Assembly (NCBI GenBank): GCA_937885345.1
Contig: CAKZZH010000132.1
Location: 350-64,349 of the forward strand
DNA length: 64,000 bases
Direction: 5' to 3'
Origin: an uncultured Lachnospiraceae bacterium
GTDB taxonomy: Bacteria > Bacillota > Clostridia > Lachnospirales > Lachnospiraceae
The translations under genes were made by a program, and so were the position numbers. Shown here piece by piece: positions 16,608 to 26,627 of the stretch. Under the pieces are notes generated by a model. That model searched no databases and had not been told where the DNA came from. It saw only the letters and a list, made by a program, of their open reading frames with translations. Each line of letters starts with the position of its first letter. Position 1 is the stretch's first letter.

Positions 16608-17705
16608 CTAATTAGGGATTTTGATCGTTGTTCCCGGAAGAAGGCTTGAGTCGGTAAGGCCGTTAAGTGCCATGATCTCCTGAACCTTGGCATGATCCTG
16701 CGTGCCGAAGAAGGTCTGACATATTCCGTAAAGTGTATCGCCGCTCTTAATGGTATATGTACGATATTCCACTTCGGTTGCAGGCTCCTCGGTTGTAGGC
16801 TCTTCTGTTGTAGGTTCTTCGGTTGCAGGCTCCTCTGTCGTAGGCTCTTCGGTGGTCGAATCCTCATCGGTTTCATCGTTACCGGTTGTCTCACCCGAAT
16901 CCATCGTCGTCTCCTTCGAGCCATCGGTGGTTGAATTATCGGCTATCACATTCGTCGGATCAGTGGCAGAACTCTCACCGCCCGAAGTTGTGGGATTCTC
17001 ACTGTCATATTTGTTTATAACGCTGACGCCTATAACAAGCACCGTCGTTAAAAGCAGTACGCTCAGAACATATACGATCGTAAGATGCCTCTTGGCAGCC
17101 GCACGGTCGCCTGAAGCACCCTTCTTGTCTTTCTTCTCGGTCTTAACCGGACGCACTTTACCGTCACTGATCCCAAGATAATTCTTCATAAAGCTGTTGC
17201 GCTCATAATAAATATCATAACCGTTAAGCGGCTTAAGCCACTCGTTCCGGTATTCGTAGAAGCGCTCGGCAACGGGATCCTTGGGATTCATATAATAAAA
17301 TATCTGATCCGGATCTTCAAAATTATTCACATGATTCTGGACCATTATATCAAGGTTATCATTTCTTATAACGGAAGATGTGAGGAACCATCCGACAACT
17401 TCCATTCCCGCAAAGTTCATTGCAATCTGACCTTTGACAACCGACCATGTCTCTGATGTAAAAGCGATACCGTCCGTATATACCGCTGCATTCTCAATAA
17501 GCAGCGCTGCTCTGACCGCTATATTAATAATATCATCTTCCTTCTGAATGCAACCGAGAAGAACGCCTACTCTTCCTTCCTCGTCGGAAGCAATCCTGAT
17601 ATCATGAAGATAATTGTAAACGCAGTCCTCTATAAATATACGATGCGTACCGTCATTTACACCTATTTTACGGGTGCTTTGCGGAATAACGAAAGCCTCT
17701 TTCAT
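16608..17705 (-). CDS. MPN/JAB-like (degenerate) domain - TM - Pro/Thr/Glu linker - LysM protein
   Basis: 365 aa. N-terminal E..GVLLG...EVVGWFLTSS pattern (MPN fold without the HxH metal site). One TM helix, an (EEPTT/EEPAT)n linker, and a C-terminal LysM (YTIKSGDTLYGI..LNGL..LLPGTTIKIP). Confidence 0.75.
   Translation of the reverse strand: MKEAFVIPQSTRKIGVNDGTHRIFIEDCVYNYLHDIRIASDEEGRVGVLLGCIQKEDDIINIAVRAALLIENAAVYTDGIAFTSETWSVVKGQIAMNFAGMEVVGWFLTSSVIRNDNLDIMVQNHVNNFEDPDQIFYYMNPKDPVAERFYEYRNEWLKPLNGYDIYYERNSFMKNYLGISDGKVRPVKTEKKDKKGASGDRAAAKRHLTIVYVLSVLLLTTVLVIGVSVINKYDSENPTTSGGESSATDPTNVIADNSTTDGSKETTMDSGETTGNDETDEDSTTEEPTTEEPATEEPTTEEPTTEEPATEVEYRTYTIKSGDTLYGICQTFFGTQDHAKVQEIMALNGLTDSSLLPGTTIKIPN
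16774..16848. repeat. in-frame 15-bp tandem repeat (5 copies) inside the LysM gene
   Basis: TCGGTTG[C/T]AGGCTC[C/T]-type units encoding the EEPTT/EEPAT linker. Confidence 0.85.
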
Positions 17706-17710
17706 TATCC

Positions 17711-18823
17711 TTAAACCTCCTGTTTCTCCAAAAACTTAATTGCCTCGCCTACAGTTGCTGCCTGTCCGGACTGCATGATCTCAAGAAGTTCATCAATCTT
17801 CTCCTCCTGAGCGTATCTCTTATCAAGATATGCTTCATATTCGGTGGAAATAAAGAGTTTCCCCTCCTGAACAGCCTTCTCATAGCTGGATTTCTCAGCA
17901 TCAAGCTCACTGTATCTGGCATTAAGAGAATCAATCGCAGGCTTAAGTCTGGCCTGAATCTCTTCGGTTATCTCATTCTTAGTCTTGGACTCAAATTCGC
18001 TGAGGGCCGCATTCTTACGGTTAAGCATATCATCGAGCTGTGACTGGTTGGTGTTTATTTTATCGTCAAAAGCACCGAGGCCGTATTCGGAATCATCCTT
18101 GGCAGCGTGCGATTTAATGGACCTGGTGATCTTACGGATCTGCTTGTCATTGCCCGCAATCTGCTCCTTGAGCGACTTGATCGAAAGAAGCGTTTCTTTA
18201 TTCTTACCCTTGGTAAAATGACCTATAAGGATGTAAATAAGCAGGAATACAACAATGCATGCAAAAAATGTGATGCCAACCTCAACCGCATCGGGAAGAA
18301 CGCTCGCCTTCTCCCACGGAAGCAGGATATATACTGCCATCGGGATCAGAAGGAAGAATATGATAAATGCAAGCGCGCATACAAAAACATCACCGACAGT
18401 TTTGGTAAAATACAACCTGTAATAAGTTCTTATATTGCAGATAAACGGAAGCTTGGCGCTTCTGATAAGTGCTTTGATATTATTCTTAAGTTCCTTGTTC
18501 TGACCGACAAGTTCTGCGGTCTCCTCCGCAATACGCTCGCCGACACCCTTTTCCTTGGCCTTATTTCTCTCGCCCTTGGCATTCTTAAGTCTGCTCTCGG
18601 CTTTGGCTATTTCACTGTTAAAACTGCTTGCAACCGCAGTCCTTCTCTTCTTGATGGTAGAATCTATCTCATCCTGCATCTTCCTGGTAGAAGAATCTAT
18701 TTCTTTCCTGGTAGAAGCGAGCCTTCCGGTAACCTGTTCAAGCTTCTTGCTGTTTTCATTAAGTTCTGCTATCTTGTCCCTATAAGAACGAAGGGCACTG
18801 ATATCACCGTTAAGAATATTCAT
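17711..18823 (-). CDS. coiled-coil protein with central double-TM hairpin
   Basis: 370 aa. N- and C-terminal heptad-rich, Lys/Glu-rich segments flank two hydrophobic helices at about residues 145-200. GGAGG RBS. First gene of the four-gene operon. Confidence 0.6.
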   Translation of the reverse strand: MNILNGDISALRSYRDKIAELNENSKKLEQVTGRLASTRKEIDSSTRKMQDEIDSTIKKRRTAVASSFNSEIAKAESRLKNAKGERNKAKEKGVGERIAEETAELVGQNKELKNNIKALIRSAKLPFICNIRTYYRLYFTKTVGDVFVCALAFIIFFLLIPMAVYILLPWEKASVLPDAVEVGITFFACIVVFLLIYILIGHFTKGKNKETLLSIKSLKEQIAGNDKQIRKITRSIKSHAAKDDSEYGLGAFDDKINTNQSQLDDMLNRKNAALSEFESKTKNEITEEIQARLKPAIDSLNARYSELDAEKSSYEKAVQEGKLFISTEYEAYLDKRYAQEEKIDELLEIMQSGQAATVGEAIKFLEKQEV

Positions 18824-19006
18824 TATGCCTACCTCCGTAGCTTCTGATTATAACACACCCTATAAATTATAAAGCATTCGCGCAATATCTACAAGTATAA
18901 AATGCTTATCCGGCACGCCTTTGGTCATATGCCACTTTGCAAGTTGCGGGATGGCAAACCGTAAAATATATGCTATAATGCCTCTTGATAATAAGGAGAT
19001 CCGTTT

Positions 19007-19273
19007 ATGTTCAGAATGTGGTGTAAAATTTACAAAGAAAACCATTTGGTAAAAGATACGGTGATCGAGGACACGCGCGATACAAACAGGACGCGTAAGG
19101 TCCTCGACGGCCTTGAGGAGTGCTGTAATCGTTTCAACCTCACTCCCCCTATCTGGCTCGATCTGAATGTAAGCGACTTCAAGCGCTTCTCCTACACCCG
19201 TTTCAACAGCCATAATTTTATTGAAAATATCGATTTTGATTATCTGGAGATCCGCATGATCGATGAAGACTGA
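19007..19273 (+). CDS. small conserved hypothetical protein
   Basis: 88 aa with an AAGGAG RBS 7 nt upstream. The overlapping minus-strand ORF 18860-19324 has no RBS and odd composition, so the plus strand is preferred. Confidence 0.55.
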   Translation: MFRMWCKIYKENHLVKDTVIEDTRDTNRTRKVLDGLEECCNRFNLTPPIWLDLNVSDFKRFSYTRFNSHNFIENIDFDYLEIRMIDED

Positions 19274-19327
19274 TCGCAGGTGCAGGTGTCTCACCTTGCA
19301 CGGCGTATAGCGCTGCGGCCCCACTGT

Positions 19328-19906
19328 TCAGCGGAACGTTATAGCGCCCGTTTCATCATCCATTTTATCGATTATTGCAAGAGATTCGAGGCGGATGCCT
19401 CTGTCGCGAATCATCTTACCGCCTTTTTGAAATCCCTTTTCAATCGCAATTCCGATGCCCTCAAGCGTGGCACCGGCTTCACTTACAAGGTCGATAAGAC
19501 CGTTTAATGCACAGCCGTTCGCAAGAAAATCATCGATTATGAGAACATGGTCCTCACTCGTAAGATATTTACGGCTAAGAATAACGTCATACACCTTCTT
19601 GTGAGTGAAAGACTCAATCTTGGTGCTGTAGACCTCACCGTCTATATTAATGCTCTGTGCCTTCTTGGCAAACACTACCGGGATGTCTCCGAACACTTCA
19701 CCGGCTACACAGGCAAGCCCGATCCCGGAAGCCTCGATCGTAAGTATCTTGTTAATATTGCAGTCTTCAAACAGTCTCTTCCATTCCTGAGCCATTTTCC
19801 TGTACAGGCCAACATCCAGCTGGTGATTAAGAAAACTGTCAACCTTGAGTACACCACCGGCCTTGACACCGCCGTCTTTAAGAATTCTCTCTTCAAGTTC
19901 TTTCAT
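19328..19906 (-). CDS. xpt: xanthine phosphoribosyltransferase
   Basis: Started at [12 protein letters not shown] (ATG 19906). Has the PRPP motif [11 protein letters not shown]. Full-length Xpt-like. Confidence 0.92.
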   Translation of the reverse strand: MKELEERILKDGGVKAGGVLKVDSFLNHQLDVGLYRKMAQEWKRLFEDCNINKILTIEASGIGLACVAGEVFGDIPVVFAKKAQSINIDGEVYSTKIESFTHKKVYDVILSRKYLTSEDHVLIIDDFLANGCALNGLIDLVSEAGATLEGIGIAIEKGFQKGGKMIRDRGIRLESLAIIDKMDDETGAITFR

Positions 19907-19948
19907 GCAGAATACCTCATCCTTCTCGCCGCCCTGCGGCATTATATT

Positions 19949-20929
19949 TTATCGGTCTTCTCTGAAATATGGCAGTCCGAGACTGGCAGGAGGCTGCTGT
20001 TCTTTCCTCTTACGAAGACTGGTAATCACAAGCACTACGATCGTTATAAAATACGGCAGCATATTGAAGATCTGCGTCGTATGCGTATTAAGGCCTTTGA
20101 CATAGAGATAAAGTATACTGAGCGCACCGAATACAAGCGAGCCCCACATAACGTTAAGAGGCTTCCACATAGCAAATATTACAAGTGCGACAGAGAGCCA
20201 TCCGAATTCGCCAAAGCTGTTATTGCTCCAGGTTCCCGACGAATAATCCATTACGAAATACAGACCGCCCAGACCGCTTATCATTCCGCCGACTACGGTT
20301 GCGATATATTTGTATCTTATTACGTTAATGCCCGCAGCATCGGCGGTTGCAGGATTCTCGCCGATCGCACGAAGCGCGAGACCTTTACGCGTATTCTTGA
20401 GAAAATAAACAAGAACAACGGTTATGCCAATTCCGAGGTAGAACATCCATCCTCTGTCGAAGAAGAGCTGACCGAGAACGGGAATGTCCTTAAGACCGGG
20501 GATCGAAGCCTTAAAAGCGCCCGCCGTTGTCTGAACACTGATCTGTCCTACGCCGCCGGCAAGCTTGGAAAAAGAACCGCCGAAGAAATTACCAAAGCCC
20601 ACGCCAAAGGTTGTAAGCGCGAGGCCGGTAACATTCTGATTGGCTCTTAAGGTAATCGTAAGGAAACTGTACAGAAGTGCCGCAAGTCCCGAACACAAAA
20701 GGCTGGAGAAAAGAGCGATAAGAAGTGCAACGATCCCGACAGGTTCAGCTGCATAGTTCTCATAGAGGAACGAGCCCATAAGTCCTCCGATACCGCCCAT
20801 ATACATAATTCCGGGCACGCCGAGGTTAAGGTTACCGGATTTCTCGGTAAGGATCTCGCCATCGGCACCAAAAAGCATTATAAGCGCCATTGTTATGGAT
20901 CTTTGTATCAGTGAAATGATCATACTCAC
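19949..20929 (-). CDS. BMP-type (nucleoside/simple sugar) ABC transporter permease
   Basis: 326 aa, multi-pass, typical of branched-chain/ribose-type permeases. 4-nt overlap with the upstream permease gene. Confidence 0.87.
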   Translation of the reverse strand: MSMIISLIQRSITMALIMLFGADGEILTEKSGNLNLGVPGIMYMGGIGGLMGSFLYENYAAEPVGIVALLIALFSSLLCSGLAALLYSFLTITLRANQNVTGLALTTFGVGFGNFFGGSFSKLAGGVGQISVQTTAGAFKASIPGLKDIPVLGQLFFDRGWMFYLGIGITVVLVYFLKNTRKGLALRAIGENPATADAAGINVIRYKYIATVVGGMISGLGGLYFVMDYSSGTWSNNSFGEFGWLSVALVIFAMWKPLNVMWGSLVFGALSILYLYVKGLNTHTTQIFNMLPYFITIVVLVITSLRKRKEQQPPASLGLPYFREDR

Positions 20930-22047
20930 GCCTTAACACCCCTCTTTCTGAACTGAACTTTGTAATTGGCGAAGAATTCACATCCAAGTATGAAGAAGAG
21001 GATGATCCCAGTAATCACATCGGACATATTGTCATTAAGATTAAACTGCGTCGCGATCTGCACCGAACCGTTTGAAAGGAAGACGAGCAGGAAGGACATC
21101 AATATCATGGTAAAAGGATCAAGCTTTGCAAGCCATGCAACAACGATAGCGGTAAAACCACGTCCGCCTGCAGTGTCCGACTTGATCGTGTGATCCGCAC
21201 CGGCAACGGCAAGGAAGCCTGCAAGTGCCGCGATCGCACCGGATAAAGCCATTGTTCTTATTATGACTTTTTTGACATTGATGCCGGCATATTTGGCGGT
21301 ATTCTGGCTCTCACCTACAACCGCTATCTCATAGCCGTGCTTGGTATAACGCATATAAACAAAAATAAGCAAGGTCACTATCAAAACTATGATAAGATGC
21401 CAACCGTATGAAGACTTGCCGAAAATCTCGCTGAGCCAGCCCGCCTTGGTCTCGGGATTGATCGTTCCGACAACATTCGATCCGGCTCTGCCCTCCCAGA
21501 AGGTAACCGCAAAATTAACCAGCTGAACGGCAACATAATTCATCATAAGTGTAAAGAGTGTCTCGTTGGTATTCCAGTTAGCTTTGAATATGGCAGGAAT
21601 AACACCCCATATGATACCGGCCGCAAGGCTTGATAAGAGCATCAGTATAATAAGCACCGGTGTGGGTACCTTATCTCCGAGATATATCATAATGGCCGCA
21701 CTTGCACAGCCGCCCATAAGCATCTGTCCCTCAGCACCTATATTCCAGAATCGCATCTTGAATGCGGGAACAAGTGCAAGGCCTACAAGAAGAAGCGTGC
21801 AGGTATCTTTGATAGTCGCCCAGGTTCTTCTGGTCGTTCCGAGTGCACCGTCTGCAAGACCGATATATACTTCAAGAGGGTTATAACCGGTAAGTGCAAC
21901 AATTATGATACCGCATACGACAAGTGCAAGAATTACCGCGATGATTCTTATAAGGATCGCTTTCCATACCGCAATCTCCGCACGCTTGATTATGTGAACG
22001 AGGGGCTCTTTCCTGATCTTAACACTCTGTGTCGTTTCTTCACTCAT
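20926..22047 (-). CDS. BMP-type ABC transporter permease
   Basis: 373 aa, multi-pass. Overlaps the ATPase gene by 8 nt. Confidence 0.87.
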   Translation of the reverse strand: MSEETTQSVKIRKEPLVHIIKRAEIAVWKAILIRIIAVILALVVCGIIIVALTGYNPLEVYIGLADGALGTTRRTWATIKDTCTLLLVGLALVPAFKMRFWNIGAEGQMLMGGCASAAIMIYLGDKVPTPVLIILMLLSSLAAGIIWGVIPAIFKANWNTNETLFTLMMNYVAVQLVNFAVTFWEGRAGSNVVGTINPETKAGWLSEIFGKSSYGWHLIIVLIVTLLIFVYMRYTKHGYEIAVVGESQNTAKYAGINVKKVIIRTMALSGAIAALAGFLAVAGADHTIKSDTAGGRGFTAIVVAWLAKLDPFTMILMSFLLVFLSNGSVQIATQFNLNDNMSDVITGIILFFILGCEFFANYKVQFRKRGVKA

Positions 22048-23572
22048 TGGGCTCAGCCTCCTCTCTTACAGTAGTCATCAATCTTCCGAGTTCTTCCTTG
22101 GTTGTCGTTCTGCCGTCAACAATGCCGCTTACTTTACCGCCGCAAAGAACAAGGATCCTGTCGCAGAGAGCCACGAGCACATCGAGATCTTCGCCGACAT
22201 AGATAACAGCCGCGCCTCTCTCCTTCTGCTCATTAAGCAGTCTGTATATCGTATAAGACGAATTGATATCAAGGCCTCTGACGGCATATGCGGCCATAAG
22301 TACTCTCGGCCTTGACGCTATCTCTCTTCCGACAAGCACTTTCTGTGCATTACCACCGGATAATTTACGAACAGGCGTATTGATACCGGGAGTCACAACC
22401 TCAAGATCCTTAATGATCTTCTCCGCAAGTTCCCTCGGATGCTTTCTGTCTACAAAGACATGCCCTTCCTTCTCGTAGCTTCTGAGCATCATATTGCCCG
22501 TCATACCCATGGATCCGACAAGACCCATTCCGAATCTGTCCTCCGGAACGAATGAAAGCCTTACACCCATATTCATGATCTCACTCGGCTTGGTATTGGT
22601 TATATCTATCGAGCTTCTCGTCTTGGGAGTGTAAATTATCCTTCCGGATTTCTTGGGAGTAAGTCCGGATATCGCCTCAAGAAGCTCTCTTTGTCCGCTT
22701 CCGGAAATACCCGCAATACCGAGTATTTCGCCGCTGTATGCTTTAAAAGATACATTGTCCACAACCGTAAGCCCTTCAACATTGGTGCAGGTAAGGCCTT
22801 CGATCGAAAGTCTCTCCGTTACATCATGAGGCTCCGGTCTGCTGATATTGAATTCAACCTTCTTGCCGACCATCATGTCGGTAAGTTCCTGCCTGCTTGT
22901 CTCGGCGGTAGTGACGGTATCGATATATTTGCCCTTTCTCAGGATCGTAACTCTGTCGGATATCTTCATAACCTCGTCAAGCTTATGGGTAATGATAATG
23001 ATCGCATGCCCGTCCGTTCTCATTTTACGAAGAACATCAAAAAGTTTCTCCGTCTCCTGGGGCGTAAGCACCGCCGTAGGCTCATCGAGAATAAGGATGT
23101 TTGCTCCGCGGTAAAGTACTTTAACGATCTCGACCGTCTGCTTCTCAGACACGCTCATCTCATAAATCTTCTTGAAAGGATCTATCTCAAAGCCGTATCT
23201 GTCCGCGATTTCTTTGACGCGGGCTGCCGACTTCTTGATGTCCATCCTGCCCTTACCGGGAAGACCGAGGATAATATTTTCCGTCGCATTAAGGATGTCA
23301 ACCAGCTTAAAATGCTGATGGATCATGCCTATTCCAAGGTCATAAGCATCCTTGGGCGAAGTGATCGTAACCTCCCTGCCGTTAATAAAAATCTGCCCTT
23401 CATCGGGATAGTATATACCTGAAAGTATATTCATAAGCGTAGTCTTACCGCTTCCGTTCTCCCCGAGAATGGACAGAATCTCACCCTTTCTTAAGTCCAT
23501 GCTGATCTTGTCGTTTGCATGCGACCTACCAAAGGTTTTGGAAATATTCACGAGTTTTACTGCCGTTTCCAC
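22040..23572 (-). CDS. ABC transporter ATP-binding protein (duplicated ATPase)
   Basis: 510 aa. Walker A GENGSGKTT plus a second GISGSGQRE, LSGGNAQK signature, ILDEPT Walker B. GTG start with GGAGG RBS. Confidence 0.92.
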   Translation of the reverse strand: METAVKLVNISKTFGRSHANDKISMDLRKGEILSILGENGSGKTTLMNILSGIYYPDEGQIFINGREVTITSPKDAYDLGIGMIHQHFKLVDILNATENIILGLPGKGRMDIKKSAARVKEIADRYGFEIDPFKKIYEMSVSEKQTVEIVKVLYRGANILILDEPTAVLTPQETEKLFDVLRKMRTDGHAIIIITHKLDEVMKISDRVTILRKGKYIDTVTTAETSRQELTDMMVGKKVEFNISRPEPHDVTERLSIEGLTCTNVEGLTVVDNVSFKAYSGEILGIAGISGSGQRELLEAISGLTPKKSGRIIYTPKTRSSIDITNTKPSEIMNMGVRLSFVPEDRFGMGLVGSMGMTGNMMLRSYEKEGHVFVDRKHPRELAEKIIKDLEVVTPGINTPVRKLSGGNAQKVLVGREIASRPRVLMAAYAVRGLDINSSYTIYRLLNEQKERGAAVIYVGEDLDVLVALCDRILVLCGGKVSGIVDGRTTTKEELGRLMTTVREEAEPNE

Positions 23573-23624
23573 TTGCTACCTCCAAGCCCTGCAATAATCT
23601 TTCTCTAAGCCGTTTTCATCAGGT

Positions 23625-24449
23625 CTATCTGTTAATCAGTCTCTCATATATGCCGTACACCAGATTCCTTATATTTCGCGATAAAACAGCCAATCTCATC
23701 TGGAACGCATTCATGGGTATAAAGCCGTTGTCATTGTACTTCTTGAAAAGAGTCATATGCTCTTTGGTGTATATTTTACGCTTCTCGGACAGAGCGTTTC
23801 CGGTATTGGAATCATCACTAAGTCTGAACGCGCAGGAGGGTTTCCTGACAACCGCCACTTTACCGAGCGATGAAAGTGCCAGCCACAAGTCAAGATCTGG
23901 GATATAAGGAAAATCCTTATCAAATCCTCCGACTTTTTCAAAGTCCTTCTTTCTGAAAAGCGCACATACAGGATTGCCGTAAAAGCTTGTGATCATCTCG
24001 CTCGGCCTGGCAAGTTTCTTTCCTTCAAACACACCACTTCTCGGCCAGGTCGGGTATTTGCCTTTAACCTTGCCGTTATCATCGATAAGATGAATTCCGG
24101 TGATAACAAGATGTATGTCGGGATGCCTTGTAAGGTATTTAAGCGATGCGGAGATATTGTTTGCATACAGGATATCATCGCCGGGAACGAGCTTTACATA
24201 TTCGCCCTTAGCCTCTCGTACCGCCTTGTTCCAGTTGTCCACCATGCCGAGATTTACGGGATTTACCACATATCTGAATCTGGGATCGTCAATGCCTTTC
24301 AGTATTTCCACGGTGTTATCAACAGAACAGTTATCCACAACAACAAGTTCTATATTATCGTATTCCGATGAAAGGATGGAATCAATGGTATTTTGTATAT
24401 ATTTGGCTTTGTTATAAGCGGGAATGACCACGCTGACCAGCGGTTTCAT
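23625..24449 (-). CDS. family 2 glycosyltransferase
   Basis: 274 aa. VSVVIPAYNKAKYI start and the D.D/DD signature of GT-A (GT2) enzymes. Confidence 0.85.
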   Translation of the reverse strand: MKPLVSVVIPAYNKAKYIQNTIDSILSSEYDNIELVVVDNCSVDNTVEILKGIDDPRFRYVVNPVNLGMVDNWNKAVREAKGEYVKLVPGDDILYANNISASLKYLTRHPDIHLVITGIHLIDDNGKVKGKYPTWPRSGVFEGKKLARPSEMITSFYGNPVCALFRKKDFEKVGGFDKDFPYIPDLDLWLALSSLGKVAVVRKPSCAFRLSDDSNTGNALSEKRKIYTKEHMTLFKKYNDNGFIPMNAFQMRLAVLSRNIRNLVYGIYERLINR

Positions 24450-24455
24450 ACATTA

Positions 24456-25328
24456 TCACACTTTCTCTATCGGGATGTTCTTGTAGGGTCCGAAATCGAG
24501 CCTGTAAGGCTTATGTGTCTTGCGCTTGTTCCTGGGCGGAGGCGTCATATAGTCTCCGTACATCTTCGTAAGAAGTGCATCAAGATTCTTCGGAAAAGGC
24601 ATATCTATATCACCAAAAGGAAGCATCTGAAGAGGATACATCTCCTTAAGCACGAAGGTGTTCGTATAAGGAAGAGGATCGCAGAAATATGCAATTCTCT
24701 TGGTCTTGCGATTCTCATAGCGCCTTGACGCCCTGTCTCTGAGCCTTATGAGTCGCTCCTTTGATACTCCCATCGCGGCCATTATTTTATTGGTCAGAAC
24801 ACACGCTCCGGTAACAACACCGGCCAAAAAACCGTGAACATATAATGTAGGGCGCGGTATGCTTCGTAAAATAAGCAATTTACCCCAAAACCAGGTCTCC
24901 CACATCTGAAGCTGATACAAAAGCGGATTATCGGCTGCATTATCAAGAGCATACAGATCAAGGAAAATGCCCCATTTGCATTTGACATCCTTCATGGGAT
25001 ATTCGAGAAAAACCGTATCTTTAAGACATAATCTGGTCGTGGCCAAAGGATAATTAACATCGGTATCCGTATTAAGCGCATAATACTTATCGGGATATTT
25101 CTCGGTAAGAATAGCTACCGCCTTCTCCAGATCCTTCCTGGGCATGGAAATATCAATGTCATCATCCCATGGAATAAAGCCTTTGTGGCGAAGCGCGCCG
25201 ATACCTGTGCCCGCATATCCGAAATATGTAAGGTTATTCTCCTTGCATACTTTATCGAAATCCTTAAGTATCATCACCTCAAGATAACGCAGTCTGTCGA
25301 GCGTTTCCTGATCGTAAAACTTGGACAT
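24456..25328 (-). CDS. LicD-family phosphotransferase
   Basis: Started at MSKFYDQETL (ATG 25328, AGGAG RBS). Has LicD motifs G..LGA.RH.GFIPWDDDIDI. Confidence 0.85.
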   Translation of the reverse strand: MSKFYDQETLDRLRYLEVMILKDFDKVCKENNLTYFGYAGTGIGALRHKGFIPWDDDIDISMPRKDLEKAVAILTEKYPDKYYALNTDTDVNYPLATTRLCLKDTVFLEYPMKDVKCKWGIFLDLYALDNAADNPLLYQLQMWETWFWGKLLILRSIPRPTLYVHGFLAGVVTGACVLTNKIMAAMGVSKERLIRLRDRASRRYENRKTKRIAYFCDPLPYTNTFVLKEMYPLQMLPFGDIDMPFPKNLDALLTKMYGDYMTPPPRNKRKTHKPYRLDFGPYKNIPIEKV

Positions 25329-25332
25329 ATAC

Positions 25333-26508
25333 TTACTCCTCTTCTTCAGTATATAGATTATCCACCCTAATTCCCATAGTAAGCACGTTCGCAAAGAAGC
25401 CCGAAGTCAAAAGGCTTATGCCGAACATAAAAAGTGTACCGACAAGAATTGCCGTCTGCATAAGTCTGTCTCCGGTAACTTCGCCGAATCCAAGCTTTCC
25501 CCACATAACAAAAGTAACGATGATCCCTGCTATTCCGAGAATTGTCAGCAGTATTCCGACCCAGATGGCATGCTTCTTGAGAAAATTGCCCGAACTCTTC
25601 ATGATTCCGCTGTCATCCGGAAACTGTCCCACTCTCTTGCCGAAAATATTCGTAAGTACGGAGAACTGCATTGCATTAAAGCCCGTTAACATAAATGTCG
25701 CGGCATAGAACATCGTCGTCATTCCAAAACCCACTTTTCCGATAACGATAGGTCTGATGTAGATAAGCACCATAAATATAAGCCCCACTAAGAAAAGGAT
25801 CAAACCGGGGATTAAAAAGAGCCACTTGGGGCTGTATATGAGAAGGAACCGAAGGTGACGAAGACCGTCCGGTATGCTTCTGAGGTGGGGCGGTCTGTTA
25901 CGTCCGTCCTTGTATAATTTGATGGGAACTTCGGTCATTTTAAGCTTAAAAAGTACGGCTTTGACAACCATCTCGCTTGCAAACTCCATACCCGTGGTAC
26001 AAAGTCCAAGCTTCATGATCGCATCCTTACGAAAACCTCTCTGACCGCAGTGAAAATCTCTGATCTCGGTATGATAGAAAATCCTTCCGATTCCGGAAAG
26101 AACGGGGTTACCGATATATTTATGTGAAAAAGACATAGCTCCGGGCTCGATCCCGCCGGCGAAACGGTTACCCATTACAAGCTCATATCCTTCGTCAAGT
26201 TTGTCAATAAAAGGCTTGAGATTAAGAAAATCGTAGCTGTCATCGGCATCGCCCATAATGATGTAATCATATGCTGCGTTCTCAATACCGGTGATCAGAG
26301 CACTGCCGTAGCCTTTAACCTTTACATGTACTACTCTGGCACCAAGCCCTTCCGCTATCTCAACGGATCTGTCGGTGCTTCCGTTATCCGCGATAAGGAC
26401 CTCCCCGGGCATATTATTCTCCTTAAGGAAGGTAAACGCCTTGTTAATGCAGGTTGCAAGCGTTACCTCCTCATTTAAACATGGCATTAAGACAGTAAGA
26501 CCTTTCAT
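25333..26508 (-). CDS. membrane-bound GT2 (GtrB/CsbB-like polyprenyl-phosphate glycosyltransferase)
   Basis: About 391 aa from ATG 26508 (the track uses TTG 26526). N-terminal GT2 domain (LTVLMPCLNEE, DADDSYD) plus about 4 C-terminal TM helices. Confidence 0.82.
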   Translation of the reverse strand: MKGLTVLMPCLNEEVTLATCINKAFTFLKENNMPGEVLIADNGSTDRSVEIAEGLGARVVHVKVKGYGSALITGIENAAYDYIIMGDADDSYDFLNLKPFIDKLDEGYELVMGNRFAGGIEPGAMSFSHKYIGNPVLSGIGRIFYHTEIRDFHCGQRGFRKDAIMKLGLCTTGMEFASEMVVKAVLFKLKMTEVPIKLYKDGRNRPPHLRSIPDGLRHLRFLLIYSPKWLFLIPGLILFLVGLIFMVLIYIRPIVIGKVGFGMTTMFYAATFMLTGFNAMQFSVLTNIFGKRVGQFPDDSGIMKSSGNFLKKHAIWVGILLTILGIAGIIVTFVMWGKLGFGEVTGDRLMQTAILVGTLFMFGISLLTSGFFANVLTMGIRVDNLYTEEEE

Positions 26509-26550
26509 CACTCCGGCTCCTTTCAAACCACACTAAATTAAACCATAAAT

Positions 26551-26582
26551 ATAGGGCTTCGTCAATCCTTCCGAAGCCCTAT
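26551..26582 (-). terminator. possible terminator/attenuator after the BMP lipoprotein gene
   Basis: 11-bp stem ATAGGGCTTCG / CGAAGCCCTAT followed on the minus strand by ATTTAT. The T-tract is weak. Confidence 0.45.
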
Positions 26583-26627
26583 TAATGTATTTATAAACAA
26601 ATTAAATTGCTATATTGTACATGTGTA

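Noticed and set aside
18860-19324. 154-aa minus-strand ORF overlapping the 88-aa plus-strand gene.
   Set aside because: It has no RBS. The plus-strand ORF has an AAGGAG RBS and protein-like composition with a conserved-looking C-terminus (IDFDYLEI).
19907-19948. Purine riboswitch expected upstream of xpt.
   Set aside because: Only 42 nt separate xpt from the preceding permease stop, which is too short for a guanine/xanthine aptamer. xpt appears to be the last gene of the ABC operon.
23625-26526. GT2-LicD-GT2 block as a second horizontally acquired island.
   Set aside because: Spot-checked lines have host-like G+C, and I found no flanking direct repeats. It is reported only as an unusual operon arrangement.
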